NCBI GenBank assembly: GCA_963693095.2
Contig: OY843768.1
Span: 320,001-384,000, forward strand
DNA from: Cenarchaeum sp.
GTDB taxonomy: Archaea > Thermoproteota > Nitrososphaeria > Nitrososphaerales > Nitrosopumilaceae
Reading direction: 5' to 3'
Length of the DNA stretch: 64,000 nt
Positions 32,101 through 47,100 of the stretch are shown here, one piece after another. Both the position numbers and the translations under genes were made by a program. Each line of letters opens with the position of its first letter. The first letter of the stretch is position 1. Below the pieces are notes generated by a model that was not told where the DNA came from, made no database searches, and was given only the letters and a program-made list of their open reading frames with translations.

Positions 32101-35100
32101 TATGCTGATGGCCCGCCGGTGACGGTGGTCCTCACGCTGGCCACGCCAGCAAGCGTGGCCGGCACCGAGTACGCAGTCTCGACTACCGTTCCTGACGCCG
32201 TTGGCAACGCCGCCTCGGCCTCTGTCACGCTGCCATTCGCCCTGCCGACGATACTGTCGGCCCAGACGGCCTCATCCACGATAACGGTAGTCACGCTCTC
32301 GCATCGCGTGACGGGATCCAGCGCGCCGGGAGACTGGACGGTCGATGGCAGCATGGCCGGAGAGGAGCCGATGGATGCCACGGGAATCGCCTCGGGTGCG
32401 GTCACGAGCGTCACGGCAGGCACCACGGCGGTGTCCATCGACTCGAACCAGATCACGCTCCTCCACGGCCCCCTGTCGACGGCCTCGACGCCAAAGGTGA
32501 CATACGAGAGGGGCACTGCAATGATCTCCACGCCGGCCGGCCCGCTGGCGACGGACTCTACTGGTGTCACCGCCGCTGACGGCGCGCCGCCGCTCGTCGC
32601 CTCGGCCATCTTTGTGGATTCGGACACGGTGAGGCTCACCTTTACAGAGGCCGTCAACGTGCCGCCGGCGTCGGCGTTTGCGCTTTACCCTGCTGCCACC
32701 GGCGGAACCGCGGCGTTCTCGGGGACGGGAACGCCGGTGCGCTCCTCGCCTGCCGGCGGAGCCGCCAACTCGGTCATCACGATTGACTTGACGCCGGCCG
32801 TGTCAGGCTCGCAGGTGCGCCATCTTGGGATCACCGGCGCAGTCACGGACCAGGCCACGCCGCCATTGCCATACGGCAGCGCCGACAGGATCCCCATCGC
32901 GTACAACCCACCGACGCTTGCCGACTCGTGGGTTTCAGGCCCCAGGCACGTGTCACTCGAGTTCGGCGAGCGGCTCAACAATGACCCGCCGCTGGCCTCC
33001 GCCGACTTTGTGGTGACCGCCGGTGATCCTGCCGTCGCGCTGTCGCTCGCATCCACAGACCCCGTCGCGTATGATGACGCCACGCGCACAGTCAGGCTCA
33101 CGCTGGAGGACGACCTCACGGGCTCGGCATTCTCGGTAACCCCTGTAGTCACCAGGCTTGACGGCACTGCGCTCTATTCCACTGCACACACGTTTAGCGG
33201 CTATACGCTGCTCTTTTCGGCTAGCACCCGCACCACTGCGGCCATGGTGCTCACGCTGCCCAGTGGCCTGGCAGGCTCCGTGGCCGCCGCCGATCTTGCC
33301 GTCACCGACGCCGCTGACACTACATCCAGGACGATCCAGGTGTCATCTGATGACTCGACCTATGGCTCGACGGCAACGCTGTCTGGCACGGCACTCTACA
33401 TCCTGCTCAGTCCAGCCCTTGCCTCAACTGGCTCGACTCCAGAGGTGACGTACACGGCTCCGTCACCTGCGGGCATCACCGCCTCGACTAGCATACCGAG
33501 AACATGGACGGTCATGGCGTCTGACGGCGTGGCGCCCACAATAGCAACTGCCGCGTTTAGTGCCGTGGACAAGATACGCATCAACTTTAGCGAGGCCCTT
33601 GATCGGACCGAGGCAGTAAAGCCAGCAAACTATGTCGTCAGGTTGGGCACCACCACAACGACCGTTGCGCTGGATGCCGACACGCCGCCGTCGTATGCCG
33701 ACGGCCCGCCGGCGAGCGTCACGCTGACCCTTGATGAGGACGCCGTGGACGGGACAACGTACAGGGTCACGCCCCAATCCGCGCTCACCGATGCCAGCTC
33801 TGTCGCATACGGCATAGGCGGTTCGGTGGACGTGACTTACGACACACCGGATTTCGCCGCCCCCGTGGCAAACTCGATAGTGTTCAGGGTGTACGCCGAC
33901 ACTGACACGGACGGCGCCGGCACGGACGACACGCTGGATGAGACCACGCTAAAGTCCGGCACCGGCGCGCTGCTCGCAAAGGCTGATGACACGATACGCC
34001 TAGAGCTCACGCTTGACGAGGATCACAATATCATCCCGCCGACGATAACGCTGGCCGGCAGGGGCATCACCGACGCGCCGATGGTGATTGCCGGCTCCGT
34101 CGGCAGGTCAATGTGGATCTACGACCTGATCGTGACGGATACCACTGTGGACACGGCGTCTGCGCCGTTTGCCTTTGAGATAGCCGTGAGGGATGACGAG
34201 ACAGTGCCCAACACGGGCACGATAACAGGGTCCATGGGCATAGTCGACGGTTTCACCGTCGAGTTTCCCACAATAGACACAACAGAGCCAACTGCCACTG
34301 CAGAGTTCACCGAGGCCGACACGATAGTGCTCACGCTGTCTGAGGCGCTGTCCAACACGCGCTCTGACATAGAGGGCTATACGTATACCGTGATGAGGGG
34401 GATCACCACAGTCGCGCTGGCCACGGCTGACTTGTCGGCCGACACGCCGGTAAGGCCAGTCGTCTACGATGCGGCCGAGCGCACGATCACGCTCACGCTG
34501 GCCGCCAACACGGTTCGGGGTGTGCCACACTCGGTGTCGCTGCCCTCCGCGCTGGCCGACGTTGTGGGCAACACGGTCTCGCAGGCCTCGGTGAGTGTGA
34601 CACTGCCCCAGTTTGCGGTGTTGACACAGACCCAGACGACGACACTCGTCACGTTCTATGAGGGCGTGCTAGGCGGCACGCTGGCCACGGCGGACTGGAC
34701 AGTAACGGATAACGACACGGACGGCGCCGACGTAGAGCTGACTATAGCGAGCATAAGCACCATGGTTGAGACGGGAAGTGTCACGGCGACACCGGAGACT
34801 GCGGCCGGAGCCAATAATGCAGTCGAGCCGATAGTGCAGTCAACCCCCGCTGTCACAAAGCTAGTCGTCACGCACGAGCCGCTCTCCTCGACTGCGGCCA
34901 CGCCGGCCGTCTCGTACATGCCCGGAGCGCTGACCGTGGCCAGCACCCCCGTGAGCCTCAACAACGTCGAGGCTGCCGACGGCGCGCCGCCGACGTTCAC
35001 GGCGCGCACGGTCACGACGACGACGATCGACGTCACGTTCAGCGAGCCGATACGCAACACGCTTAGTGGCGAAGTCCTGAAGGCGGACAGCTGGACGGTG

Positions 35101-38100
35101 AACGGCGCCATGCCGGGTGTGCCCAGCGCTGCCAACTTTACGCGGGCCGGCCTCCTGACGGAACAAGTCGACGAGGCATACACGGTCTTTACGCTCACAG
35201 TCGGCACTCCCTTTGGCGTGGACGCCACGCCCACTGTCGCCTATGTTCGCCCCAACTCGAACTACCTCGCCGACGCGCTGGTGGAAGGCGGTGGCGACCC
35301 TGACGGGAACAACCCTGTTCCGAACGGCGCGTCGACGATCGCCGCCGACGGCATAGCCGGCTCTGCGCCCCCGTTCGAGGCCTCGACTGCCAGCCTAACG
35401 ACGACGCTCGTCGACTTTGACGGCGTGCTGGCCGGCACGCTTGACGTGGACGACTGGACGGTCACCGAGAACGACGCGGCCAGCGCCGCGGACAACGTGG
35501 CGCTGGACATATCGCGCATTGCGACTGTGTTCAGCGGCGTCGCGTTGTCGACTGTGGCGACGCCGGCCGTGCCGGGCGGCGCGTCGGCACAGACGCCGAC
35601 GATCCCGCCAAGCCCGGCCGTCATGCAGCTCCTCATCACGCACGATCCGCTCTCCTCGCCGGCTGCCACGCCGGCCGTTGCGTACGTGGCCGGCGGCCTG
35701 ACCGAGGGCGGCACCGCCGTCGACAGCGGCGGCGCGGAGGCCTCTGACGGCGTGCCCCCGGCGTTCAGTGCGGAGCTCACGGCGGTGGGCACGGTGAGGA
35801 TCGTGTTCACCGAGCCGGTCACCGGCGCGACGATGGCCTCGGAGTGGGCGTTTGACGGCGCGTCGGACGGCAAGCTGTTGGATCGCCGCCTCGGCATGGC
35901 CGTGTCGACGGACGTCGATCTGCGCAACGCCGAGGAGCTCCTCATCACGCTCGCCTCCCCGCGCGCGCGCACGGACCTGGGCGACGGCGCCGGCGGCACA
36001 CTGGACGCCGGTGACATCACGTACACCCCCCGCGCCACGGGCGCGCTGGCCGACGCCGCGCTCAACGGGTTTGGCACGGCCGGCTCGCCCGTCGAGGCCA
36101 CGGCGCTGGCCGACAGGGCGCAGCCGACATTTAGCGCCGTGATCACCTCGCAGACCTCGATAACGGCGACCTTTAGGGAGCCCGTGACTAGCGAGTTGGC
36201 GTCCGAGGTGCCGGGCGGCTGGCTTGTGGAAGGGGGCGCCGAGAACCCTGTGATCCTCTCGGTCGCCTTTGACGACGACGACACGTACACGATCACGCTC
36301 TTGGCCACGGACACTAACCCTGGCGCGATCCTTGGCACGGAGTATGACATCACCGCGAGCGACAGTATCTATGACCTTGCCTCCCCGACGCCCAACAAGA
36401 TCGTGGACGGCACCGAGGCGACGGCGACGTACGCGCCGCCGACGTTCACGGCGACGCTCGACTCGCCGACGTCAGTCACCGTCACGTTCCCGGAGGCGCT
36501 CAACGGCAGCACGTCGCGCACGGAGTGGAGCGTCGCCGGCGAGACGCCCGAGTCCGTCACGGTGGGCACGGCCACGACGTCCGACGACAGCGCGATCACG
36601 ATAGCGCCGACAGTCTCCACGATCACGTTCACGCTCGCGTCTGTCAACGCGCAGGCCGCCGACGCGGCGCCGCCGGTGGCGTACACGCCCGCCGCCGGCG
36701 CGCTGCTCGACTCTGACGACGTCGCCATGCTACCGACGGGCGACAGCCCAGTCACGGCCGCCGACATGATCGACCCGTCCATCGAGTCGGTCCTGTTCAT
36801 GAACGCCATGAAGATATTCGTGGAGTTCACCGAGCCGGTGACAGGTGACACGTCGGAGGCGAGCGGAATCGGCTGGTCGGTGAGCGGGGGCCTCATGATA
36901 TCGACCGTGACATTTGAAGGCGACGACACGTACACAATCGACCTCTCGTCACCGGGCGCCACGGTCAGCACAGGATACACGATAGGCGCAGCCGACGGGA
37001 TAGCCGACAGGTCCCCGGCGGCCAACTCCGTGGCCGTCGGCGAGGCCGTGACGGAGGAGTACACGGGGCCGGACACCGACCCGCCGACATTCAGCGCAAG
37101 CCTCACGTCGGAGAGGGTGGTAAAGATCACCTTTAGTGAGGACGTCGACGGCACGACGGCTAGCGGCGAGTGGGCAGTCACCGGCTCGACTGTCGCGTCG
37201 CTCTCGCTTACGGACGGCGGGGCCGCCGCGGCCGGCGACCTGGTGCTCGACGACGTGGGCGAGCTCTTTATCACGCTCACCGCCGCGCGCGCGGGCACCG
37301 ACCTGGGCGGCCTGACCGCGGCGGGCGTCACGTACACGCGCCCGTCGACGGGCACCAACACGATCCAGGACGGCGTGGACAATCACCTTGCCTCGACGGC
37401 AGGCGACACGGAGGAGGCCACGGCGCTGGCCGACGGGATCCCGCCGACGTTCCGCGCCGAGCTCACCTCGGCGACCACGGCAAGGATAGAGTTCACCGAG
37501 GCCACCGGCGGCATGACGGCGGCCTCCGAGTGGGCGTTTGCCGACTCTGATGTCGAGTCGCTCTCGCTGACGGCCGACGGGACATTTACGATGGGCAACC
37601 TCGCGCTCTCCGGCACCAATCTCTTTGCCACCTTTGAGAGGGCCCGCACGTTGACTAGCCTGACAAACGGCGACGGCAACGGTGATGGCACCGTCGTGGC
37701 CGTCACGCGGGATGTCGTGACGTACACGCGCCCGTCGACGGGCCCCAACACGATCACGGACACCACGGGCAACGACCTGGCCGAGGACGCCGGCGACGAG
37801 GAGATGGCCACGGCCGTCGCCGACAGGGCACCGCCGACGTTCACGGCGCGCACGGCCACGGCGTCGACGGTCGACGTCACGTTCAGCGAGGCGATACACA
37901 ACTCGGGGGATCCAGAGAGCAAGGGTATGCGCTGGGAGAACGAGGCTCACTGGAGGGTGGACAGTGCCATGCCGACCGAGGTCATGGCGGCCAACTTTAC
38001 GCAGGCAGGCGCCCCGATAGGGGGCGGCGGTGCATACACGGTCTATACGCTCACCGTGGCGACCTTTGGCGCAGACGCCACGCCGTCGATCCTCTACGTG

Positions 38101-41100
38101 CGCCCCTCCGAGTTCTACCTCGCCGACTCGCTGGTTGGAGACGAGAATGACGATCCCGGCAACAACCCAGTCCCGTCCACGCCTGCCGGAACGCCGGTGG
38201 CCGCCGCCGACGGCGTCGGCCCGACGCTGGTGCGCGAGGCCTTTGCGTCTGGCGGCACGGCCGTGACGCTTCTCTTTGATGAGGCGATCGCCTCGCCGCT
38301 TCCCTCCACGCTTGAGTTTACCCTGTCGAGCGACACGCAGGGCGCGCCGACGGTCACGGCAGGCACACCGACAGTCTCGGGCAGCATGGTGACGATCCCC
38401 GTGACGCCGGCAGTCTCGACGGCTGGTGACGGGGCGGTTTACAGGCTGGTGATCGGCGGCGACGGTGACATTGAGGACGTCATCGGCAACGCCTACGCCT
38501 ACGATGGCGTCGAGTCGCCGATCGACGTGACGTACGACGCCACGCCCCCGACGTTCACCGCCGCGTTCACCGCCGCGCGCACCATCGTGCTCACCTTTGA
38601 CGACAGGCTCGAGCCGACGACAGTCGTGGCGGCCAACTTTGGCGTGACGGTGCCTGACGGCGACGACGATGGCAGCGACCCAGATGACGTCGCGCTGTCC
38701 TCTACTGACCCCGTGGCCTATGACGACGCCGCACTCACCGTCACGCTCACGCTGGACGAAGACGCGTCGTCGGCGATCCACACCGTCACGCCGACGGACT
38801 TGCTGACCAACACGGCACACCTGCCGTACGCCGCCGGTGGCGTTGCGGCCATGCGCGCCGCCGCGCCGACGGCGACTGCCGTGGGGTACACGGTCTTTGA
38901 TGGAACAACGACCAACGCGAGGCCTGCCCCGTACGCCTCCCAGGCGCGCGAAGGCGACACGATCAGGCTGTCGATCACGCTTGACGGCGAGGCGAGCTCG
39001 GTCAGCGTGCTCTTTGTGGGCAAGACTGACGATCCGGACACGACGGCAGACGACGCCAACACGGTGGCCATGACGCGCGTCGGGAGCACGAACGAGTGGC
39101 GCGCGACGTACGTCGTCGAGACTATGGGCTCCATAGACGGCGCGTTCACGTTTGACGCGACGGTGGCTACCTCCTCGGGCACGACGCGCGCGGTGGACGA
39201 GACGACCGTGCCGGCGACGACGCCGCCGACGATCGACCGTGGCGCGCCGACGGCGACGCTGACTGCGAGCGTGAGGCTTGAGGGCCAGGGCACTGATGCG
39301 GAATCGGGCACGATCGCCGGAATCGGCGACGACGTCCTCGTCAACGTCGCGGCCAGCGAGCCGCTCGTCACGGCAGTCGGCGACATTGCGCTCTTTGGGA
39401 CGTCGACTGCCGCCGACTCGGTGGACACTGCCGCAGGCAACGCGTACTCGTACGTGCGCACAATAGTCGCCTCGGACGCCAACGGCCCACTCGCGTTTAC
39501 CCTGACGATACGCGATAGGGCAGGCAACGAGGCGGCGCTCACGCAGGCCGTCGTGGACTCGAACGTGACAGTCGACTCTGATGCGCCGACATTCAGCGCA
39601 AGCCTCGCGTCGGCCAGCACGGTAAAGATCACCTTTAGCGAGGATGTCGACGGCACGACGGCTAGGGGCGAGTGGACAGTCACCGGCTCGTCCGTCGAGT
39701 CGCTCTCGCTGACGGACGGCGGGACCGCGGAGACTGGCGACCTGCTGCTCGATGACGCCGAGGAGCTCTTTATCACGCTCACCGCCGCGCGCGCGGACAC
39801 CAGCCTGGGCACCCTGATGGCCATGGACGTCACGTACACGCGCCCGTTGACGGGCACCAACACGATCACGGACGCCGCGCGCAACGACATGGCCGAGAGC
39901 GCCGGCGGCACGGCGAGGGCCACGGCGCTGGCCGACAGGGTGCCACCGACGTTTAGCGCAAGCCTCACGTCGGCGACCACGGCAACGATAACGTTCAGCG
40001 AGGCAGTCACCGGCACGACGGAGGCCTCCGAGTGGGCGTTTGCCGACTCTGATGTCGCATCACTCTCGCTTACGGAAGACGGGACGGCCCAGGAGGGCAA
40101 CCTCGAGCTCTCCGGAACCACGCTCTTTGCCACGTTTGCCATGGCGCGCACGTCGACTGGCCTGGCCGACGGCGACGGCGACGGGGACGGCACCGCCGTG
40201 GCTGTCACGCGAAATGTCGTGACGTACACGCGCCCATCGACGGGCACCAACACGATCCAGGACGGCACGAACCACCTCGCCGACGCCGGCATGATGGCCA
40301 TGGCCACGGCAGTCGCCGACGGGGCCGACCCGATGTCGGTTCGCGCGGCCTTTGCGTCTGGCGGCGCGAGCGTGACGGTGACCTTTACTGAGGCGCTGGC
40401 TCCGCTGCCCGCAGGGCTCACCTTTGCGCTGACAACCATTGTGCAGGGCGCGCCGTCGGCCGCGCTCGGCACGGTGAACGTCGAGGGCAGCATGATAACG
40501 ATCCAGGTGACGTCTGACATCACGGCTGCCGCTGACGGGACGGTCTACACGCTGACGATCGGCGGCATGGGCGCCATAGGGGACACTAGCGGCAACGAGT
40601 ATGGCGGGGCAGCCGTGGATGCCATATACGACTCGACGCCCCCGACGTTCACACTCGAGTTCACCGACGCGCGCACCATCGTGCTGACCTTTGATGACGC
40701 CCTGGCGGCAGCGACATTCACTGCTGACGACTTTGACGTGACGGTGCCTGACGGTGATGACGATGACACCGACCCTGATGACGTCGAGCTGGCCTCGACT
40801 GACCCCGTGGCCTATGACGCTACCGCACGCACAGTCACGATCACGCTCGCCGAGGCCGCATCCTCGGCGGCCCACACTGTCACTCCAAAGGACTCGCTGG
40901 CCAACGCGGCACACGTGCCGTACGCCGCCGGTGGCCTCGAGGCCACGTACACGCCACCATTTGCGGCCAGGACGACTAGCCTTGCAACCACGCTCGTCAC
41001 ATTTGATGGCGTGCTGACCGGCACGCTCGACGTGGACGACTGGACGATAACTGACAACGACACGGCCGACTCTGTGGACGTGGATCGTGTGATATCGAGC

Positions 41101-44100
41101 ATTGCGACTGCGCGCAGCGGCGCCGCGACGTCGACTGTGGCGACGCCGGAGACCTCTGCGGGAGCCGACGACGCGGCCACGCCGACAATACCGTCGAGCC
41201 CTGCGGCCATGCAGCTCATCATCACGCACACAAACCTCTCCTCAAAGTCAGCCACGCCGCACGTCGCCTACTCGGGCGGCAACCTGGTCGATGGCGGCAC
41301 CGCCGTTAACGATGACGGCGTGGAGGCCTCTGACGGCCTGGTGCCGCTTTTGGTGAGCATAAGCTTTACGGACGCGGCCACAGTCGATGCCATCTTTGAC
41401 GAAGCCGTCGTGCGGACAGACGATGCGACTCTGACCGTCCTCGATTTCACTGACATTTACGCAAGGAGCATCAGCGCCGAGGCCTTTGACCCTAGCGTCG
41501 GGGGCACGGGGCCAACCACCGGCATGAGGTTCACGTTGGATAAACCTGTGGTCTTGGACGAGCGCGGCTATAGGCTGATCACGCAAAATGTGAAGGACGC
41601 ATCCGGAAACAATTCGGGGAATCAGCTTAGGTTGAACGTGCAGTTCTCGGGGGCCGACTCGGCGCCGCCGAGGGCAACGGTCACCACGGCCGTAAGGCTC
41701 GCCGGCGAGACTGCCGACTCTGAGACGGTGACTACGGCTGTCATCGGCGAGCAGGTTCGCATTACCGTCTCGTCCCACGAGCCGCTCGTCACGGCCACAA
41801 CTGACGTTGAGCTCTTTGGCAGGGTGTCGCCCAACGTCGTCAACGCCGATTCTGTGGTTCCGGGCACGGGCAACACGTACACGTACGTGCGCACTATACT
41901 GGCCTCAGACGCCGGCGGCCCACTCGCGTTTACCCTGACGATAAGCGACAGTGCGGGCAACGAGACGGTGCTCACGCAGGCCGACGTGGACGGCACGAAT
42001 GTCGCAGTCGACACCGACGCGCCGGCGCTCTCCTCGGCTGCCACAACGTCGGCCACGACGCTCACAGTCACGCTCTCCGAGTCGCTGCCGTCCACTGCCA
42101 CGACGGCTGCCGGCGATTGGTCGCTCAGCTCGCCCTCGCCGACAGTCACGGACGCCGTGCTCTCCGGTGACACCGTGACGATAACGCACGGGGGCGCCGG
42201 CACGTCATTTACGCCGACGGTGACGTATATGGGCACGGGCCTGACAGCCGAAAACCGCAACGCCGTGCCGTCTGGCTCTGAAGTGACTGCCACTGACGGC
42301 GCGCCGCCTCTCGTCGCCTCGGCCATCTTTGTGGACTCGGACACGTTGAGGCTAACATTTACGGAGGCCGTCAACGTGCCGCCGGCATCGGCGTTTGCGC
42401 TCTATCCGGCGGCCACCGGCGGAACCGCGGCGTTCTCGGGCACGGGCACGCCGGTGCGCTCCTCGCCTGCGGGCGGAGTCGCCAACTCGGTCATCACGCT
42501 TGACTTGACGCCGGCCGTGTCAGGCTCGCAGGTGCGCCATCTTGGGATCACCGGCGCAGTCACGGACCAGGCCACGACGCCCGTGCCATACGCCAGCACC
42601 GCCAGGATCCCCCTGGCGTATGACCCGCCGACGCTTACCGACTCGTGGGTTTCAGGCCCCAGGCACGTGTCACTCGAGTTCGGCGAAAGGCTCGACAATG
42701 ACCCGCCGCTGGCACCTGCCGACTTTGTGGTGACTGCGGGCAGTCCTGCCGTCGCGCTGCCGCTCGCATCCACAGACCCCGTCGCGTATGATGACGCCAC
42801 GCGAACGGTCAGGCTCACGCTGGAGGCCGACCTCACGGGCTCGGCATTCTCGGTCACCCCTGTCGTATCTCGGATCGGCGGCACTGCGCTCTATTCCACT
42901 GCGCACACGTTTAGCGGCTATACGCTGCTCTTTTCGGCTAACACACTGCCAACTGCGGCCATGATGCTCACGCTGCCCAGTGGCCTGTCAGGCTCCGTGG
43001 CCGCCGCCGATTTTGCCGTCACCGACGGCACTCTCTCCAGGACGATTTCCTCCGTGTCATCTGACGGCGCGACCTTTGGCCCGACGGCAACGCTGTCTGG
43101 CACGAGCCTCTTCATGCTGCTCAATGCCCCCCTTGCCTCCGGGGCCTCGACTCCAGACGTGACGTATACAACGCCATCGCCTGCCAGCATCACTGCCTCG
43201 ACTAGCATACCGAGAACATGGACGGTCATGGCGTCTGACGGCGTGGCACCCACAGTGGACTCTGTCGCGTTTACTGCCGCGGACAAGATACGCATAGAGT
43301 TTAGCGAGGCCCTTGATCGGGCCGAGGCAGTAAAGCCGGCAAACTATGTAGTCACGTTGGGCACTGCCACCATTGCGCTCGATGACGCCACGCCGCCGTC
43401 GTATGACGACGGCCCGCCGCCGAGCGTCACGCTGACCCTTGATGAGGATGCCGCCGAGGGAACATACAGGGTCACGCCCCAGCCCGCGCTCACCGATGCC
43501 AACTCTGTCGCATATGGCGATGGCGGCTCGGAGAGCGTGACTCGTGTCATACCGGATTTCGCTGCCCCAATGGCAAACTCGATAGTGTTCAGGGTGTACG
43601 CCGACACTGACACGGACGGCGCCGGCACGGCCGACACGCTGGACCTGACCACGCTAAAGTCCGGCGCCGGCGCGCTGTTCGCAAAGGCCGACGACACGAT
43701 ACGCCTCGTGCTCACGCTTGACGAGGATCACAACAGCAGCCCGCCGACGATAACGCTGGCCGACAGGGGCATCACCAATGCGCAGATGGTGCTTGCCAGC
43801 GTCTCGGGCAGGACAATGTGGCACTATGACCTGGTCGTGACGGATACCACTGTGGAGACGGCGTCTGCGCCGTTTGCCTTTGAGATAGCCGTGAGGGATG
43901 ATGAGACAGTGCCCAACACGGGCACGATAACTAGGTCCATGGGCATAGTCGACGGTTTCACCGTCGCCCCTCCCACAATCGACACAACAGAGCCAACTGC
44001 CACTGCAGAGTTCACCGAGGCCGACACGATAGTGATCACGCTGTCTGAGGAGCTGTCCAACACGAGCTCTGACATAGAGGGCTATACGTATACCGTGATG

Positions 44101-47100
44101 GGGGGGAGCACCCCAGTCGCGCTGGCCACGGCTGATCTGTCGGCCAACCCGCCGGTAAGGCCAGTCGTCTACGATGCGGTCAAGCGCACGATCACGCTCA
44201 CGCTGGCCGCCGACACGGCTCGGGGTGTGCCGCACACGGTGTCGTTGCCCTCCACGCTGGCCGACCCTGCGGGCAACACGGTCTCGCAGGCCTCGGTGAG
44301 TGTGACACTGCCCCAGTTCGCGGCGTCGACGCAGAGCCAGACTACGACGCTCGTCACGTTTTATGAGAGCGCGCTAGGCGGCACGCTCGACACGGACGAC
44401 TGGACGGTCACCGAGAACGACGCGACCAACGCCGCAGACAACGTGGCGCTGGGCATATCGCGCATCGCGACGATGACTGCCGACGTGCTGAGCCAGGTCA
44501 CCGCGACGCCCGAGAGCACGACGGGGGTCGTTGCAGTCACGCCGACGATCCCGTCAACCCCCGCCGTCACGCAGCTCCTCATCACGCACGACCCGCTCTC
44601 CTCGACGGCGGCCACGCCGGCCGTCTCGTACACGCCAGGAGCGCTGACCGTGGCCAGCACCCCCGTGCGCTCCAACAACGTCGAGGCTGCCGACGGCGCG
44701 CCGCCGACGTTCACGGCGCGCACGGTCACGACGTCGACGATCGCCGTCACGTTCAGCGAGCCGATACGCAACACGTTTAGTGGCGAGGGCTTCCTGGACG
44801 ATGATCACTGGACGGTGGACGGCACCATGCCGGGCATACCCAGCGCTGCCAACTTTACGCGGGCCGGCCTCCTGGCGCCAGAAGGCAGCGAGGCGTACAC
44901 GGTATTTACGCTCACAGTGCGCACTCCCTTTGGCGTGGACGCCACGCCCACGGTCACCTATGTTCGCCCCAACTCGAACTACCTCGCCGACGCGCTGGAG
45001 GAAGGCTCCGGCGACGTTGACGGGAACAACCCTATTCCGAACGGCGCGTCGACGACCGCCGCCGACGGCATAGCCGGCCCTGCGCCCCCGTTCGAGGCCT
45101 CGACTGCCAGCCTCACGACGACGCTCGTCAACTTTGACGGCGGCGTGCTCGCCGGCACGCTCGACGTGGACGACTGGACTGTCACCGACAACGACACGAC
45201 AGACTCTGTGGACGTGGTTCGTGCGATATCGAGCATTGCGACTGCAGCCAGCGGCGTCGCGACGACGACTGTGGCGACGCCGGAGACCTCTGCGGGAGCC
45301 GACGATGCGGTAACGCCTACGATCCAGTCGAGCTCCGCCGTCACGCAGCTCCTCATCACGCACGATGCGCTCTCCTCGGCGGCTGCCACGCCGGCCGTCG
45401 CGTACGCCGCCGGCGACCTGACCGAGGGCGGCACCACCGTCGCCAGCGGCGGAGAGGACGCCTCTGACGGCGTGCCACCTACGTTCAGTGCGGAGCTCAC
45501 GGGGGCGGGCACGGTGAGGATAGCGTTCTCCGAGCCGGTCACCGGCACGACGAGGGCCCCAGAGTGGGCGTTTGACGGCGCGTCAGACGGCATGCTGTTA
45601 GAGCGCCTCCTCGACACGGCCGTGTCGACGGACCTCGAGCTGCGCGGCGCCGACGAGCTCTTTATCACGCTCGCCTCCCCGCGAGCGCGCACGGACCTGG
45701 GCGACGGCGCCGGCGGCACACTGGACGCCGGTGACGTCACGTACACCCCCCGTGCCACGGACGCGCTGGAGGACGCCGCGCTCAACGGGTTCGGCACGGC
45801 CGGCTCCCCCGTCGAGGCCACGGCGCTGGCCGACAAGGCGCAGCCGACATTTGACGCTGTGATCACCTCGCAGACCTCGATAACGGTGACCTTTAGGGAG
45901 GCCGTTACCCGCGTGGTGACGTTCGGGGAGGAGGGCGGCTGGCTTGTGGGCGTGGGCATCGGTTTCCCGGGCGTCGCGAGCCCTGTGGTCTCCTCGGCCG
46001 CCTTTGTCGCCCCGTCCACCTACACGCTCGGGCTCGCGACCCCGGGCGCGATCCCCGGCACGGGGTATGTGGTCAGCGCGGCTGACATGATCTACGACTT
46101 TGCCTCCATGGCGCCCAACCAGATCAGGGGCGATGCAACGGCGACGGCGACGTACGCGCCGCCGACGATAACGGGCGCCACGCTTGAGACGTCGACGACG
46201 CTCACCGTGACCTTCTCGGATGATCTTGACGGCAGCACGGCGGCGTCCGAGTGGACAGTCGACGACACGCCAGTAGAGTCCGTCTCTGCCGCCGGCGCGT
46301 CGACGGCCGGCGGCACGGTCACGATAAGCGGTGCGGTCTCCATGATCACGCTCACGCTCGCGTCTGCCAACGCGCAGGACGACGACGCGACGCCGGACGT
46401 GGCGTACACGCCCGCCGCCGGCGCGCTGCGCGACTCCGACGACGTCGCCCTGTTCCCGACTGGCGCCAGCCCCGTCACGGCAGCCGACAAGATCGCCCCG
46501 TCCATCGACTCGGCCATGTTCACGGCGCCCAACAAGATATCCGTCACGTTCACCGAGCCGGTGACAGGGGACACGTCGACGTCGGCGCCGGACGGAACCG
46601 GCTGGTCGCTAACCGCCACGGTGGGCACGCTTAACGTGCAGAGCGCCGCGCACTCGGGCAGCACGTCAACGCTCACGCTGGACGGCAACGCCGTGGACGG
46701 CAGGATGTACACGGTAAACGCGGCAGACGGGATCAGGGACACGTCCACGGCCCGCAACCCGATAGGCGCCGGCGAGACCGAGTCGGTGGAGTACGACGAG
46801 TCGCTGGTGGACACCACTCCGCCGACGTTCACGGCGCGCGTGTACAACAGCACGCATGTCGCAGTAAGGTTCAGCGAGCCCATCCAGGGCACGACGGTCG
46901 TGGCAGACTGGGCGATCACCCTGGCGGGCACGACAGTGCCGACGCTGACCGCGGCAAATCCAGATAAAGGCGCGACCAATACTGCTGGATCCAGATTCAA
47001 GGGCAGCGCCACGATACCGGCTACCCACGAGTTCGACGGCCTGCTCTACGTCGGCCATAGTGTGGCCCGAAATATTGCCACCCTCTTCCTGTCGGCTAGC

